This document shows, one piece after another, positions 12,575 to 26,550 of a DNA stretch of 64,000 nt. The position numbers were made by a program, and so were the translations under genes. Each line of letters begins with the position of its first letter. Within the stretch, counting starts at the first letter, position 1. Under the pieces are notes generated by a model. The model did not search any database and had not been told where the DNA came from. It saw only the letters and a program-made list of their open reading frames with translations. Origin of the DNA: Octopus vulgaris. Its lineage: Eukaryota. The DNA is taken from NCBI GenBank assembly GCA_951406725.2, contig OX597816.1, forward strand, positions 92,008,001 through 92,072,000. Reading direction: 5' to 3'.

Positions 12575-12750
12575 GTAGACTGACCTGCTATACTAGCAGC
12601 CAAATCTCCCTCAAATCACTCTCTAACGTCTTAGAAAAAGCAGGACACATTGGAAAATGTAGTCCAACATATACTATATCTAAATTATAAGACTGGAACA
12701 TTCACGATCGAAGGTCAACCCGATCAAGGATGACCTAGGGTTAAACAAGA
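12575..12750 (-). repeat. Dispersed repeat family D
   Basis: GACCTGCTA..A.TAGCAGCCAAATCTCCCTCAAATCAC...GGACACATTGGA.AATGTAGTCC recurs at about 8570, 15300, 15690, 18040, 18290, 25140, 26080, 26730, 44870, 47110 and 54190. Class unknown. Confidence 0.75.
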
Positions 12751-12905
12751 GCTTACATTGATAATTATTACAATAGCATATAATTATTTGGAGAGTTACA
12801 ATTAGAAAATTTTAAATCTCAGTAGATAAATTGGTGGGAGTGAAACTGTTGGAATGGGACGAAACTTCTCCGTCGGTTGTGTTTATCACATACTATATAC
12901 ATACG

Positions 12906-12949
<44 letters not shown>

Positions 12950-13348
12950 CCCGGTTTCTTTATACACACACACACATATATATAAATACACACATATATA
13001 TCCTGGTCTGTTTATATATATATATATATATATGAATATATACATATATATATATAATTATATATATATGTAATGTCAATGAACATACGGCTAAGATGAA
13101 GGCAAAGAAACTGGGGGTTTCTATGACTGGTCAGCAGTATGATAGAGTGTAAGAGGAGGGGGTGATGCGGAAAACAGACCGGGAAGCAGATCAAGAAATG
13201 AAGAGAGAATGGTAATTAATAAAGCAGGGTAGATGACGAGTGGAGTGGCAAATGTTGAACATCATTTTTAAAGGGACCAAAAGTAAACTGTTTATCGCGA
13301 AAGATACTATCAGGATCACTCTGAAGACTCAGATTGTAAGAAAACTAT

Positions 13349-13390
<42 letters not shown>

Positions 13391-14929
13391 TTTAATGATT
13401 ATCTTTTGGTTTGTTTAGAATAATCGGACAGTTAACGGTAAACAAACGTCAGATAAGAGTAAACATTGTCGGATTCATTTTTACTATTCAAATGAAACTA
13501 TATCTTATAAATATATATGTTTCTGTATGGCAATATTGTAGATACTGTACGTGTTCTTCACACTGTCGTGTAATGTTCTTATTGCTTGCATGCCTCTGTC
13601 AACACTAATATATAGACGTATAGTTGTAGTCGCCTCTATTCATATCATGAAATATATATGCAGGCATGCATGCAAGCAGGTGTGACTGTGTGTGTGTGTG
13701 TGTATGAACATTATATATTACAGTTATTAAAAAATATACAAAAATGAATACATGTAATATATATATATATATATTTAAAGTAAAATTTTTGTTTTTGTGA
13801 TGAATCTGGCGTGTCATTATTGGATTTTCAAAGAATACAAAAGGCTGCGAATGCATTTTACAGGAGAGAAAGAACGATGCAGTGAAAAGACAGGAAGAAA
13901 ATGTATGAGAATGTCAACAGAGGGGAATGTGTATGAAGCCAGCATCTGTATAACGGAGTGAACGATGGAGCCAGCCTATATGGGAATTGATTGAAAGACA
14001 GTAAATTCATTGGGAAGATGAATATTATAGAGACTACCATAAAATATAATGAAAAATATATGCATGTTGCTATGGAAAAATACAAAGATATTTTTTACGA
14101 AGATACAGAAATTGAAGTCAGATTATCATTATAAAATAAGAATAAAAGTCATTGAATTAAAATTGATATGAAATTCAACCTATAAGAAGAACAGATTTAG
14201 AAGAGATGAGTAAAATAAACAAAATCTATTGTTATCGTAAAAGCTGGCAGAGAAGGAGAATAAAGTGACAACTTACAATTTAAATTTAACTACGCGAGTG
14301 TGTTGAATAGTTATTCCATTACAATTTTGGACAGAATCAACGGGCAAAGAAGAGATAATATACAAAGAGTTCTTCTTGCTTTGTTAGCAGTGGAACAATT
14401 GTATTAGAGCCACTCGTTTCTCTTCACAATCGTTTCCATCTGTCTTCACATGTACGCACATATACACGTACAGACACACATATACATACCATTTACACGT
14501 CTTTATATAACACTCATGCACATACGTAGACTCACTTCTAACTGATTTTACACTTACACACATATAAGCACACTTTGTATATATGTATGTATGGACGCGT
14601 TTGTTTTTATTTACCTTTACGTTCACAGAAGAGTACATATATATAACATTTTCACGCCATTCACATGCACCGTCTGACACACACATCTATTTCTGTCTAT
14701 TTTTACATACGCGAACACACATTCATATGCACATATATACATAAATATACATATGTGACAACACTAATATACATTTTCCTTTGATATTTCTATGTACGCT
14801 TCCAAATTATCTAAACAAACAAATAACCGCAAACATCTACACTTGAGTCACACGTTTGAATACTTTAATATTTCCTCTTTTTTTCAATAAACATTTTTGT
14901 GAACTATACATTACAGCGTGCACGCGTGG

Positions 14930-14963
<34 letters not shown>

Positions 14964-15171
14964 CTTTCGTTTCAATTTCAGAACTCTTGTTGAACCCTGT
15001 TTAACACCACCGCCAGCTGCCTTCAGCTGAATTTCTTTCTGTTGTAAGCATTGCACTTCTGACTCTGGCCTGAGAATGACTTACCCTTTCCCTCCTATCA
15101 GCTCTAGGGGCCCCGAAAAAAATATAAAAATACATTAGAACATTTACTGTCGCTTCATTCTTTGAAACTTG

Positions 15172-15365
15172 TTGTTGCTATTGTGTAACTCCTCATCTGC
15201 CTTAATCGGGTAAACATAATCGAAGACATGCAAGCTATGACCCTCTTCTCACTTTTTTCCTGGGCATACTTTTTCAGCGTGTTCCTAGATTTTTTAAGCA
15301 GGTAGAGTGTGATTTGTGTGAGATTTGGCTGCTATTTCTAGCAGGTTGAGTGGTGATTTAGAATC
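15172..15365 (+). repeat. Dispersed repeat family D
   Basis: GTGTGATTTGTGTGAGATTTGGCTGCTATTTCTAGCAGGT, the reverse match of 12575-12630. Confidence 0.75.
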
Positions 15366-16001
15366 CCATCCCCAGTCTCAGGTGCTGAGTTGGACTTTTT
15401 CTCTAGAGTCGATAAAATGAATACCAGTGATAGCCTGCGGTATATATTCACTCAAGTGTAACCACTACTCTATCATCGTGTCTCAGTAAAAAATCGATAG
15501 AATTCACCTGATTGTAAACGGGAATCAAATACCGTAGACTGTAAGAAAGATCACAGCGAGCTAACTCTACTAAACGGTTTCGATTCTCGGTCGTAGTAAC
15601 TTCAAATTACACCGTTAAAGGCTAACAGAAATACATGAAAACAGCACAATATCTCCTCTTCTACACTAGGCGTCTCTATGTGATCGTTCAACTTGTTAAA
15701 AATAGTAACCATGTCGCAGTGAAGTTATATCCTATAGTTTATGAAAAGGGATGATACATAAAACAACAGTTGTTGAATACTCAATAGTCATGGGAAGAAC
15801 GCTTTTGATGTTAGGTTTTCTTAAACAGGACTAACCCGGGGCCAAGCATCAGCATCAACTCACTGTGAGCCGAACCAGTAACTGGACCGATTCTCATTTA
15901 AGCCACATCCATCTCCGTGTTCGTCGGTAATAGGTTTTGGGAAAGGCTTGTTTGTGGAAAACTTGTCATTTCACTGTTCCGTAAAATACTTTTGTACACG
16001 A

Positions 16002-16162
16002 GCGCAGGCGTGGGTGTGTAATTAGTAATTTTCTTCCTAATCAGATGGTTCCGAGTTCAGTCCCACTGCATGGCACCTTCGGCAAGTGTCTTCTACTATA
16101 GCTTTGAGCCGACCAAAGCCTCGTGAGTGGCTTTGGTAGATGGAATCTGAAAGAAGCTCGTC

Positions 16163-16200
<38 letters not shown>

Positions 16201-16390
16201 TGTGTGTGTGTGTATTTCTCCCCTACCACAGCTTGATAACCGGTTTTGGTGTGTTTACGTCCCAGTAACTTAGCGGTTCGGTAACATGCGATAGAATAAG
16301 TACCACCATAAAAATATATAAGTACCGGGGTCGATTCGTTCGACTGAAGTTCTTCAAATAGGTGTCTGAGCATGACTGCAGTCTAATGAC
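16002..16390 (+). mobile_element. SINE family A
   Basis: Homologous to 3837-4324. Confidence 0.88.
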
Positions 16391-16485
16391 ATCAGACACA
16401 TCCCAATTTCGTCAGCGCATATTCAGGGAAAGCAAAAATGGTTTTAGTGATTTAAAGTATATAATATCTAGAGCTCTTTCCGAAG

Positions 16486-16702
16486 TGGCGAGTTGGCAGA
16501 ACCGTTAGAACATCAGGCAAAATGCTTAACCACATCTTCAGGTTTCAAATTCCACCTAGTCGGTCTATGCCTTAAAAAAGTTTTTTTTTACCTCTATTGG
16601 ATTCGATAAAATAACTCCCAGTTGAGCATTGCGGGGGTCGATGTTATCGTCTAACCCACCCCACCAAAATTACTGGCCTTGTGCCAAAATCTGAAACCAA
16701 TA
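16486..16702 (+). mobile_element. SINE family B
   Basis: GGCGAGTTGGCAGAACCGTTAG...GGCCTTGTGCCAAAATCTGAAACC. Confidence 0.8.
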
Positions 16703-17487
16703 CTTAAGCAACCTCGCATGTAGGACATGAGGTGAATTTCTGAGAAAAAAGAAGCGCTTCTCATATACCATCAAACAGAGGTAATATTTATTCCCATTTA
16801 AACGTAGATATTCTGTTAGAACAAATTATACTGCGGTAGTTACCATAAGAAAAACTCTCATATTGGCTTTTGATGCAAAATGTACTCTTGTTTATGTCGC
16901 ACACGGGGAGATAAATCCCTGCCGTCTCCAGCACCGAGACCATCAGATCACGTGATTCCGACCCTCCTTGGTTTTGTCAATGATGGACGCGCGACCGCTA
17001 GGAATAGCAGTGATTCATCTCCCCATGAAACAAGGTACTTACTGAACACGGTTTACCACAGTTTCATTTTTTTTTATTCAGTTCCACAAAATAGATGCCT
17101 TAGAATATTTTCATTTAGTATCGTCTCAGATATCAAACAAATCTACTCCTTCGCCCCGGCAAACTTTTCCACTACTATAACCATTACCGTGTCAATAAGT
17201 CTGTTGGAGCCGGTTGATAGGGAATAAACAAACACCACAATAATCATCATCGCAATCTCTCAACTATGAGACACAGCCATCTCCATAGCATAACAACGAT
17301 GATCACCACAACCACCATCTAATATTAACGAAAAGGAGCTATGATCATCAAATTTATACACCTTCCCAACCACCATTCGAACCAATAGAATAGCAGCTTG
17401 ATCTGCAAAAAGAGCGGCCAAATTTCCTGGAAGCAGCACCCAGCCTTCTTAAATAAATGAAAGGCCAGACGATGTAAAATCTTACGT

Positions 17488-17534
<47 letters not shown>

Positions 17535-17642
17535 AGATAGATAGATAGATAGATAGATAGATATATCTACGTACATACACATACGCACACATACGAGTAT
17601 TTGTATGCATGTTTCTGTGTGGGTTTCAGTTATGCAGAAGCC

Positions 17643-17730
<88 letters not shown>

Positions 17731-17839
17731 GTCAAACTGTCTGTATGTATGTCTCTCTCACACCTTCTCTCTCTCTCTCTCTTTCTCTTTCTCTCTTTCT
17801 CTCTCTCTCCTTCTCTCTCTCTCTTTCTCTCTCTCTCTA

Positions 17840-17882
<43 letters not shown>

Positions 17883-18513
17883 ATCTAATATAACATGGTT
17901 AGTACAGAAATGTCTGGTTATTGGTGTCTCCAATCATGGCTGACCTAGACTAAACAATGCTCACAACAACCACCACACTTCACCACCACTCCTAACACCT
18001 AAACTGGTCAACCATCGAAGGAGCCTCTATGCAGTAGCTAGACCTGCTAAAAATAACTGCCAATTTCCCCTCAAATAACACCTTACCGTCTTAAAGAAAA
18101 GACACATTGGATTAGGCCGTGCGCAACGTACGAAAAGACAAGATTTTTGCAACTGGGATGTATTTCATTATAGATTTGCTCGATTTGAGTAACCTGAATA
18201 ATATAACAGCATAAACAAGATTGAAAGTACAACCATAGATATCTACCATTCGAATAACAATTGATGCTCATTTATTTAGTCGTTCGGTATGCTAGAAATA
18301 ATAACTAAATCTCCTTCGAATCAACACGAAAACATAATAAAAAAAAAAAGAAAAAAGGAAGAATGCCATGAGTAATATAGCTCTCGATGCACGATGTCAG
18401 AAAACATGAAGATAGTATGGCTGGAATGGTGTTCACCAATAAAGTTTCACCTGGAGTTTACAAAACTAAAAAAACAAGTACCACAGCAAAATAACAACAT
18501 AAGCACCACCACC

Positions 18514-18544
<31 letters not shown>

Positions 18545-19294
18545 TCATTCACCACCTTTGGCACGTGAGTCTTGCTTAAAAGCACATCTGTCTTCATCAA
18601 AAAGCCAAGTATCACTATCTTTAGCTAAGTCACGACGCCATTCCCCACTCAAAGCCCATCAAAACATATTTGTTTTATCTTCCATTCTTACAGCGGGTTT
18701 AGACTCTCTCTCGCATTGCCATCATCACATACGGTAAATTTTCTATAAGAAGGCCATTTGATGATAATATTTAAAAAGATCAAGAACATATCATGGTGAA
18801 TGCGATAGCAGGTAATGTGAACAGCAGGAACAACATGTAAATAATACATACACAAAAACGATTACGTATACGTAAGTGAGGAAATTGTTACGACCTTTAG
18901 TCAAAAGCTGATGAGGGAAGATTCACGTTCATGTTTGTGTTTCTCACAAAAGAAACCAAAAACAAAAACTTTATTCTCTACATCAAAAAAGTTTTTGGGA
19001 GAGTTGAAAGGCTTTGAAGCTGTATTCCTATGTAGCTTCACAGTAAGAAACGGTGTGTAATCATTTACATCTTGGAGGTTCAGCTGGAACTGGGGCCTAA
19101 CTTTGGCACACAAAACTATATAAATCTCCGAACAGGACAATAACCTGAGAATCAAAGTGACACAGCTTCTTCCCTCATCAGTTTCTGTACATGAGGGTTA
19201 AATATAAGTAGTAGCTCCCTGCGTGGAATCTGGCATCATGTTGCTAAAAACGTTAAGAAGTGTAAATACATACATACATACATACATACATACA

Positions 19295-19325
<31 letters not shown>

Positions 19326-19493
19326 GTCATTCGGTGCGCTCTGAAGAATACAGCTTGAAGCTCAATTCACATGATTCACAGTCTGCTGATACCTAGGGTG
19401 GCATTCGAGTCTTGGCTCCGGCTAATCTGATAAACGCGTAAATTACACTCTCTATCACCCTATTGAGCAAGGTTTCTTCCGTTCGTTATAAAG

Positions 19494-19558
<65 letters not shown>

Positions 19559-19821
19559 TTTGCTAGAACGAGGCTGGAGACAACATCGAACTGTGTCAGG
19601 GGTTCCGATTCCTCATTTTCTTCAGGGTTTATTCCTGAAGCCCTTCCCATGGGTGGGTCAGGCTGCAAGACAGCGGAGGTTTGGAATCAAGGGTTCTCTC
19701 CTCAGGCTAACGAGCTCCATCTGTCAAACTGACTCCGAGTTATAGGAGACTGATATTTCGGGGCAATTTTTTTAAACAACTTATCCACATTAAGTAAGAT
19801 GTATAGATCACTATATATATG

Positions 19822-19919
<98 letters not shown>

Positions 19920-19970
19920 CACACACGCACACACACACAAACAAGTGCAGATATATGCATATATATGAAT

Positions 19971-20020
<50 letters not shown>

Positions 20021-20206
20021 TGTGTGTGTGTATACGTTGTATATTTCCTTATATTTTTATATGCATTTGTATAAATACATGTGTGTATATATAGACAGAT
20101 ATGTACATATTCACACAAATCTATACATGTATATGCATGTATCACGCATACACATACATAAAAATATATTTACATATAACACACACATACACATATTTAT
20201 ACACGA

Positions 20207-21340
20207 TCATGATCAAAGGAACAGCATGGGAGAGTGGCTGCATGACTTGCAAAAGGATACAGCCAATGGTGTTCTCTCTAAGAAAACATAAATTCTGAGT
20301 GGCTTCCCCCAGGGAACTGTCTTGGAGGCCGTTACTGTTTATAGTAGCTCTCTTAAAAATGTCCTTGATTACTCAAGCAGCCACTGTTACTAGTTACGCC
20401 AGTGATACAAAATTATCACAGGCAATAAAGAGTTCTGGCGATGTCCAAGTTTACTGAGGGACCTAAATGTAATATGCAAGTCGGCTGAAGAAAACAACAT
20501 ACAGTACAATGTCGAAAAATTTTAAGCACTGCACTATCAGCTCACAAATGCGTCATCGCCAGCATATACACGACCTAAAGGCACTGCAATCCGAAAGTCT
20601 CACACAGTGAGAGACTTGGGGATTAGTACGCGTATTGATGCATCATTTCTTGTGCTCATTACCAAGATGACAATAAAAGGCACACAACTGGCAGGATGGA
20701 TATTAAAGTCCTTCAAGACAAGAAACCAAGAAGTCAAGTTGACCCTGTGAAGGGCCCTTGTTCTCAGTCGTCTGGACTTCTGTTGCTACCACAATGCGAG
20801 CTTGAAGCGGTCCAACGTCATTACACTAAATCGATTGCAACAGTGAAGCTGATGAACTATAAGGAGAGGTTAAAAAAGTAGAACTTAACTCCCTGGAGCA
20901 AAGACGTGACGGATAGGGCTAGTACCCAATCCAGTGTTATAGAAATGCCCAAATAATTTACATATGGAAAATTCTGGAAGGGCTAGTACCCATCGAGTGT
21001 TATACAAATGTCCGAACTGCACGCCATTGCATTGTACCAATGGTACCGTCCATCCCATCTAAAATCAGGACCAGGTACTGCAATATCTTAGGGTTCAAGC
21101 ACCCACAGATATTCGATGCTTTGCTAACTCCCCCCACCCAGCATCGCGAAATTAATAAACCTACTCAAAGTGGACGTGGATGTCTTCAAAAAGAAACTGG
21201 ACATTCTCGTATCCACGATACTATATGAACCAATAGTCTGGTATAAAGTACAAATGAGGGTAGCAATGTCAAATCAAGTGAGCCAACAACCAAAGAAAAA
21301 AAGTACATGAAGGGGTGGTGTTATGAAATCCCACCATCCT
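20207..21340 (+). mobile_element. Decayed 5'-truncated LINE (CR1/L2-group) reverse transcriptase C-terminal region
   Basis: Broken frames give SGFPQGTVL (GVPQGxVLGP), VTSYASDTKL (YADDTKL), VRDLGI, GWILKSFKTR, ALVLSRLDFC, ELEAVQRHYTK, NYKERLKK and IIYIWKILEGLVP, with many stops and frameshifts. Ends approximate. Confidence 0.85.
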
Positions 21341-21665
21341 GAAGAAATGAACAAAAGAACAAAGATGTGCCAATGTATAAAATGGCGGTAGTATGTATGT
21401 ATGTATTCATATATACAGACGAGAGCAGAAATCCCCAATCGCTCTCTCTCTCTCTCATATCCATATACACATGTTCATACAAACAAACCATGCGTACATA
21501 TTGATGTACTATCCGTTAGGTTCCATCTATCATATTTTACTGATAACTATTGGCAGAGCTGAGGCAATTTGACTTCACCGCACAATGAGACGAAACCGTT
21601 AACAATGCGAAGCGTTATCTATGCAGCTATATGGTTCTTGCTGCTATGTAGAAACAAACACATAT

Positions 21666-21830
21666 ATGACGGGCTACTTTTCAGTTTCTCTCTGCCGAAT
21701 ATCCACTCACAAGGCTTTAGTCGGCCTCAGGCTATGGTACAAAAATCTCGCCCTGGGCATCACGTAGTGGCACTGAACCCGGAACGAGGTACTTGAGAAG
21801 CAAACTTCTTAACTCACACCCGTTTCCACA
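21666..21830 (-). mobile_element. SINE family A, 5' half
   Basis: ATCCACTCACAAGGCTTT..CGGCC and CTGAACCCGGAAC match the family A head in reverse. Confidence 0.75.
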
Positions 21831-21833
21831 CAA

Positions 21834-21873
<40 letters not shown>

Positions 21874-22215
21874 ACACACACATGTCTTAGAGCAGATATA
21901 CATTTTACTGTAGACACGTTATTCAAAGCTCGGAAGGGGTATGTTGCAACTTTTTCCGTCTCTTCCCTTCTTGTCTTTCTATCTCCTGCTGTTTCTCTCC
22001 TTGTCTATGTATGTATGTATGTATGTATGTATGTATGTATGTATGTATGTATGTATGTATGTATGTATGTATGTATGTATGTATGTATGTATGTATGTAT
22101 GTATGTATGTATGTATGCATCTCTCTCTCTCTCTATCTATCTATATGTATGCCTTTATGTGTGTGTGTGTGTAATGTGTATGCATGTGTCTGTATGTGTA
22201 TGTGTGTGTGTGTGA

Positions 22216-22280
<65 letters not shown>

Positions 22281-22832
22281 CTGGAGAGAAAGAGAGAAAG
22301 AGAATAGTGTATGAAAATGGAAGAGAGATATTGTAATAAAAATATGATGAAGCGATCCCCTGAAAGGACTAAATATTTTAAGAGACAGTCAATTTGATAG
22401 AACAGTTTCAGAAAGCACCGGGAAATAGAAATAGAAACCAGATAGATAAAGATATAGAGAAAAATAGAAGGTTGGAGATGCAAAAAAGTTTTGGTTGACA
22501 GAAAGAACGATAAGAGGAGAGAAAGTGAAAGTGAAAGAAGAATAAAAGAGAGGGGACAATTACATATGTATTTGTGTGTGAGGGCGTCTGAAGTTGTATT
22601 TACATCTGTTGCGGTAAAGAAAAAAACGAAACAAAATTATGAGGAAGAAGAAGAGATTAAAGAGGATAGGAAAACGAAAGTAATAAGAAAGAGAGAAAGA
22701 GAAAAGGGGGAGTGAGATAGAAAAGGAAAGTTAGAGAGAGGGTGGATTGAGATACTGACAGAAAAAGTGAATGAGAGATGCGGAAAGAGTGAGGAATAAA
22801 GAAACGAAGAGAGTGATAAAGTAATGGACAAC

Positions 22833-22896
<64 letters not shown>

Positions 22897-23174
22897 GAGA
22901 GAGACAGACAGAGAGAGGGAGACATAGAGAGAAAGAGAGATAGATAGGTAATAGATAGATAGATAGAGAGAGAGAGCGAGAGAGAGAGAGAGAGAAAGAG
23001 CGAGAGGACGGGAACTGTATATTATGCGTCTGTGTGTTCGTACGTTGGAAATGAAGACAGTTAACGTCTGTACAGCGTTATATATCAGGTGTCCCAGATG
23101 CAATGCAGCATCTAAATATACAAAATAAAGTTAAACGCTGCTTTAGATTTTATAATTCTGTGTGTCTATTGCAT

Positions 23175-23271
<97 letters not shown>

Positions 23272-23339
23272 ACACACGCATTGCTATGTTGAACTGTTAA
23301 TCTCTACAAATTTTTTTTCTCTCCGTTTATTTTTCATAC

Positions 23340-23459
23340 TGTCTCTGTTTTTTTTTTCCCCCTCTTAATCCTTGGTTCGAAACGTATAGACTATTCCATT
23401 CTTCCCGAGCGTTAAACTAATACACCTGCTTGTTGTTCCTACACTTGTCTTCGTCTTTT

Positions 23460-23501
<42 letters not shown>

Positions 23502-23575
23502 TTTATTTAAAAGCAGCAGAAAGCTGTTACTCAGAGTTTCACGTTCCTGTTCGTCGGACAGTTTTGTTAATATAT
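23340..23575. mobile_element. Penelope-like fragments: family 2 tail (+) and ~70-bp hammerhead cassette (-)
   Basis: TTCCCGAGCGTTAAACTAATACA..TGTCTTCGTCTTTT is shared with 9555-9612. The second piece, 23501-23570, lies between TA tracts. Confidence 0.6.
23524..23561 (-). ncRNA. Minimal type I hammerhead ribozyme motif, U4C core
   Basis: Minus strand: CTGT-CCGACGA-ACAGGAACGT-GAAA-CTCTGAG-TA-ACAG. Stem I CTGT/ACAG, quasi-palindromic stem III, triplet GUA. Confidence 0.65.
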
Positions 23576-23589
23576 ATATCGAGCTGAAA

Positions 23590-23744
23590 GCGTGGCTGTG
23601 TGGTAAGAAGCTTGCTTCACAACCACATGGTTCTGGGTTCAGTCCCACAGTGTGGTACTTTGAGCCAGTGTCTTCTACTATAGTCTTAGGCTTACCAAAG
23701 TCTTCCGGGTGGATTTGGTAGACTAAAACAGAAAGAAATCTGTC

Positions 23745-23747
<3 letters not shown>
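23590..23747 (+). mobile_element. SINE family A, 5' half
   Basis: GCGTGGCTGTGTGGTAAGAAGCTTGCTT...GGATTTGGTAGAC. Confidence 0.85.
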
Positions 23748-23775
<28 letters not shown>

Positions 23776-24022
23776 CCGTTGCTATTATGTTAAACTGCAG
23801 TATGTCCATATTTGACCCAGTGCCTTTTTTCAATATTCATTTTTACTTGCAGTTGCCAGTTCTTTTGTTCAAATTATCATATCTCCAGCTGCTGGAGATA
23901 CCAAGATATCAAAAATTGTCAAAGTGTAGTACAGTAGTGTTACTATGGAATGGTGAAACTATTTTTTCGTTTTCTGAAAAGGCAACGTTTTGGACTTAAC
24001 GGCACTTTTGCATCATAGCAAC

Positions 24023-24054
<32 letters not shown>

Positions 24055-24057
24055 ATT

Positions 24058-24270
24058 GGCTTCTTTCAGTTTCCGTCTACCAAATCTACTCACAAGGCTT
24101 TGGTCGGCCCGAAGCTACAGTGGAAGACACTTGCCCAAGGTACCATGCAGTGGGACTGAAGCCGGAACCATGTGGTTGAGAAGCAAGCTTATTTCTTTCT
24201 TGCCCACAAGGGGCTAAACACAGAGGGGACAAACAAGGACAAACAAGCTTCTTACCACACAGCCACTCCT
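24058..24270 (-). mobile_element. SINE family A 5' half interrupted by a family B2 tail (24191-24243)
   Basis: Head sequence is split by ATTTCTTTCTTGCCCACAAGGGGCTAAACACAGAGG..., with CAAGCTT on both sides. Confidence 0.85.
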
Positions 24271-24547
24271 GTGTGTGTGTGTGCCTTTGTATCTGCTTTA
24301 CTCTTGGTGTTGGTGAAATTACGCCGCTGTAAAGTAGCGGTTCGCCAAAAGAGACCCATAAGTATCAGGCTTAAAAACATATGCAATAAGTACTGGGGTC
24401 GACTCGTTGAAAGAGATGCTCCAGCGAGGTCGTTGTCCAATGACTATATATATTGCGATAGTTTCAGTTAAGCAGCGTTGATATTTACGATTCTGTAATT
24501 AATACGAACTAATTGTAGTTCATAAAATCTGACGGAATGAAATAGGT

Positions 24548-24619
24548 TGCGCGCTAGTCTAATGGTAGTGTAATTGTCTCGAAAACAAAGGGGTGTGGTT
24601 TCGAGTCCCACGTGTACGG
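24548..24619 (+). pseudogene. tRNA pseudogene / isolated tRNA-derived head
   Basis: 72 nt with A box TAGTCTAATGG, anticodon arm TTGT-CTCGAAA-ACAA, T arm GTGGT-TTCGAGT-CCCAC and acceptor TGCGCGC/GTGTACG (wobbles plus one mismatch). D stem broken. Confidence 0.7.
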
Positions 24620-24706
24620 GAAAGCTTACTGCTTTTCTGTCGAGGGCTTATATGCTCCATTATTAGATTATTTTCTTTAGTTATGGCGCGGTGATCGGTT
24701 ATAAAA

Positions 24707-24776
<70 letters not shown>

Positions 24777-26330
24777 TCTTGATCCAGAGATTGGGCTCCA
24801 AAGTACATGCGATGAATGATGTTATAGGTAAGTAATTACGATATACAAGTAGGAAAAATTATGCAAAATAGGAACTAGTTATTATAGGTGGTAGCTGATC
24901 GTAGTATATTACAGGTATTTGTACAAACCAAATTAACGTGGTTGTCACCTTCGACTTATTACACGTCGCAACCAAATCACATTGGACAATGTAGTCCTGT
25001 ACATACTGTCGGATCAAAAGGAAACGAGATGGTTACATTTAGAATGTCTTTGATTACAGAACTGCATAATCACGATCAATCTGGAATTAAACAACAATTT
25101 GGTATTTATACAAGGCAATGAGAGAACTTCTAAGTAGTCGATCGATCTTGCAAGAAATAACAACCTAAAGTGTCCTCTAACTGCGTTCTACTCTCTATGG
25201 GAAAATAGAGATGCATATTAGAAAATGTAGTCCTAGATATGCAATCCATGAAGTAGACATGTCTGGAATACTTTTGATCATGGTTTTGCTTAGTAAGAGC
25301 TACCTGGAGTTAAACAACAACAGCAGCAACAGCACAAACAACAACAGCAACAACAGCAACAACAATAGAAGCTACAGGAATGGGTATTTTATTGACACAA
25401 AATAGATGGAAATTTGGAATCTAGAGAGATGAAACGAAATACTTTAAAGTATGTAGTTCGGCGCTTTACTATTTCTACTAACTCATCATCTACCCCATCC
25501 CTCTATTATATAACCATCCGTACAGCAGCAGGCAATTATGTCTGCACATAACAATCAATCAATCAATACATACATATACATACATACATACATACATACA
25601 TAACATACATACATACATACATACATACATACATACATACACATACGCATATATATATACATAAACACACATACGCATTTACACATGTATTACAAGCAAT
25701 CGATTTCACTGACTGTTAAGGACGAACGCATCTAACCAATGACATAAAATGGAATCGATTTGTTCATGATTTTGGGAGCTGTCATGGTTCTTGCACATGA
25801 CTTATGAATAGGAACTAGATTCACTTATCGAGTTCCTGACGTCTTTCCCTATTTCTTCAAAGAAGGCAATTTGGTTGGCACTAAGGGTTGTTACCAGAAC
25901 CGAATACAGCAGTATTATATATTCTCTCTCTCTCTCTCTATTTCTTTCTTTTCTTCTCTCTCTGTCTGATTGTCTGTGTGCCTGTCTCTCTCTCCATCTC
26001 CTCTCTTACACCCTCCTCTCGGTTATGTACACACATTCATGGAACAAAGAGGAATTAATATCACCAGGCATGTGATCGTTCGACTTGCTAGAAGTAGCAA
26101 CCAAATCTTACTGAAATTACACTCACACCCTTAAAAGAGAAGAGAACCAGTGGATAATGTACTCCTAGATAGACTGAGTCAGAAAAAAGTTATGTTGATT
26201 ACTGATAGAATACCTTTGGATGCTAGGTCTACTTGATTAGAGCCCTTATTTGGCCAAACCTGGGCATCGAAAGAGGTAATATATTGTGACCTCAATATTG
26301 CTCTTCCTACAGCCAATTAATATTAAGATA

Positions 26331-26550
26331 AAGGTAGTGAGAGCTAGCAGAATCATTAACATGCCGGGTAAAATGTTTTGCGGTATTTCTTCCGTCATTA
26401 CGTTCTAGATTCAAATACCGCCGCAGTCACCTTGGCCTTCCATACTTTCTGGGTCAATAAAGTAAGTATCAGTTGAACACTGGGGTCGATGTAACCGACT
26501 TACCCTATCTCCGAACTTGCTGGCCTAGTGCCAAAATTTGAAAACCAATA
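26331..26550 (+). mobile_element. SINE family B
   Basis: Full head-body-tail homology with the other B copies. Confidence 0.85.

Noticed and set aside
16880-17227. 115-aa ORF in relatively GC-rich unique sequence
   Set aside because: No recognisable domain and no clear exon boundaries.
19560-19745. Resemblance to an RTE-type LINE 5' region on the minus strand
   Set aside because: Based only on recollection. No second copy or protein motif in the window.
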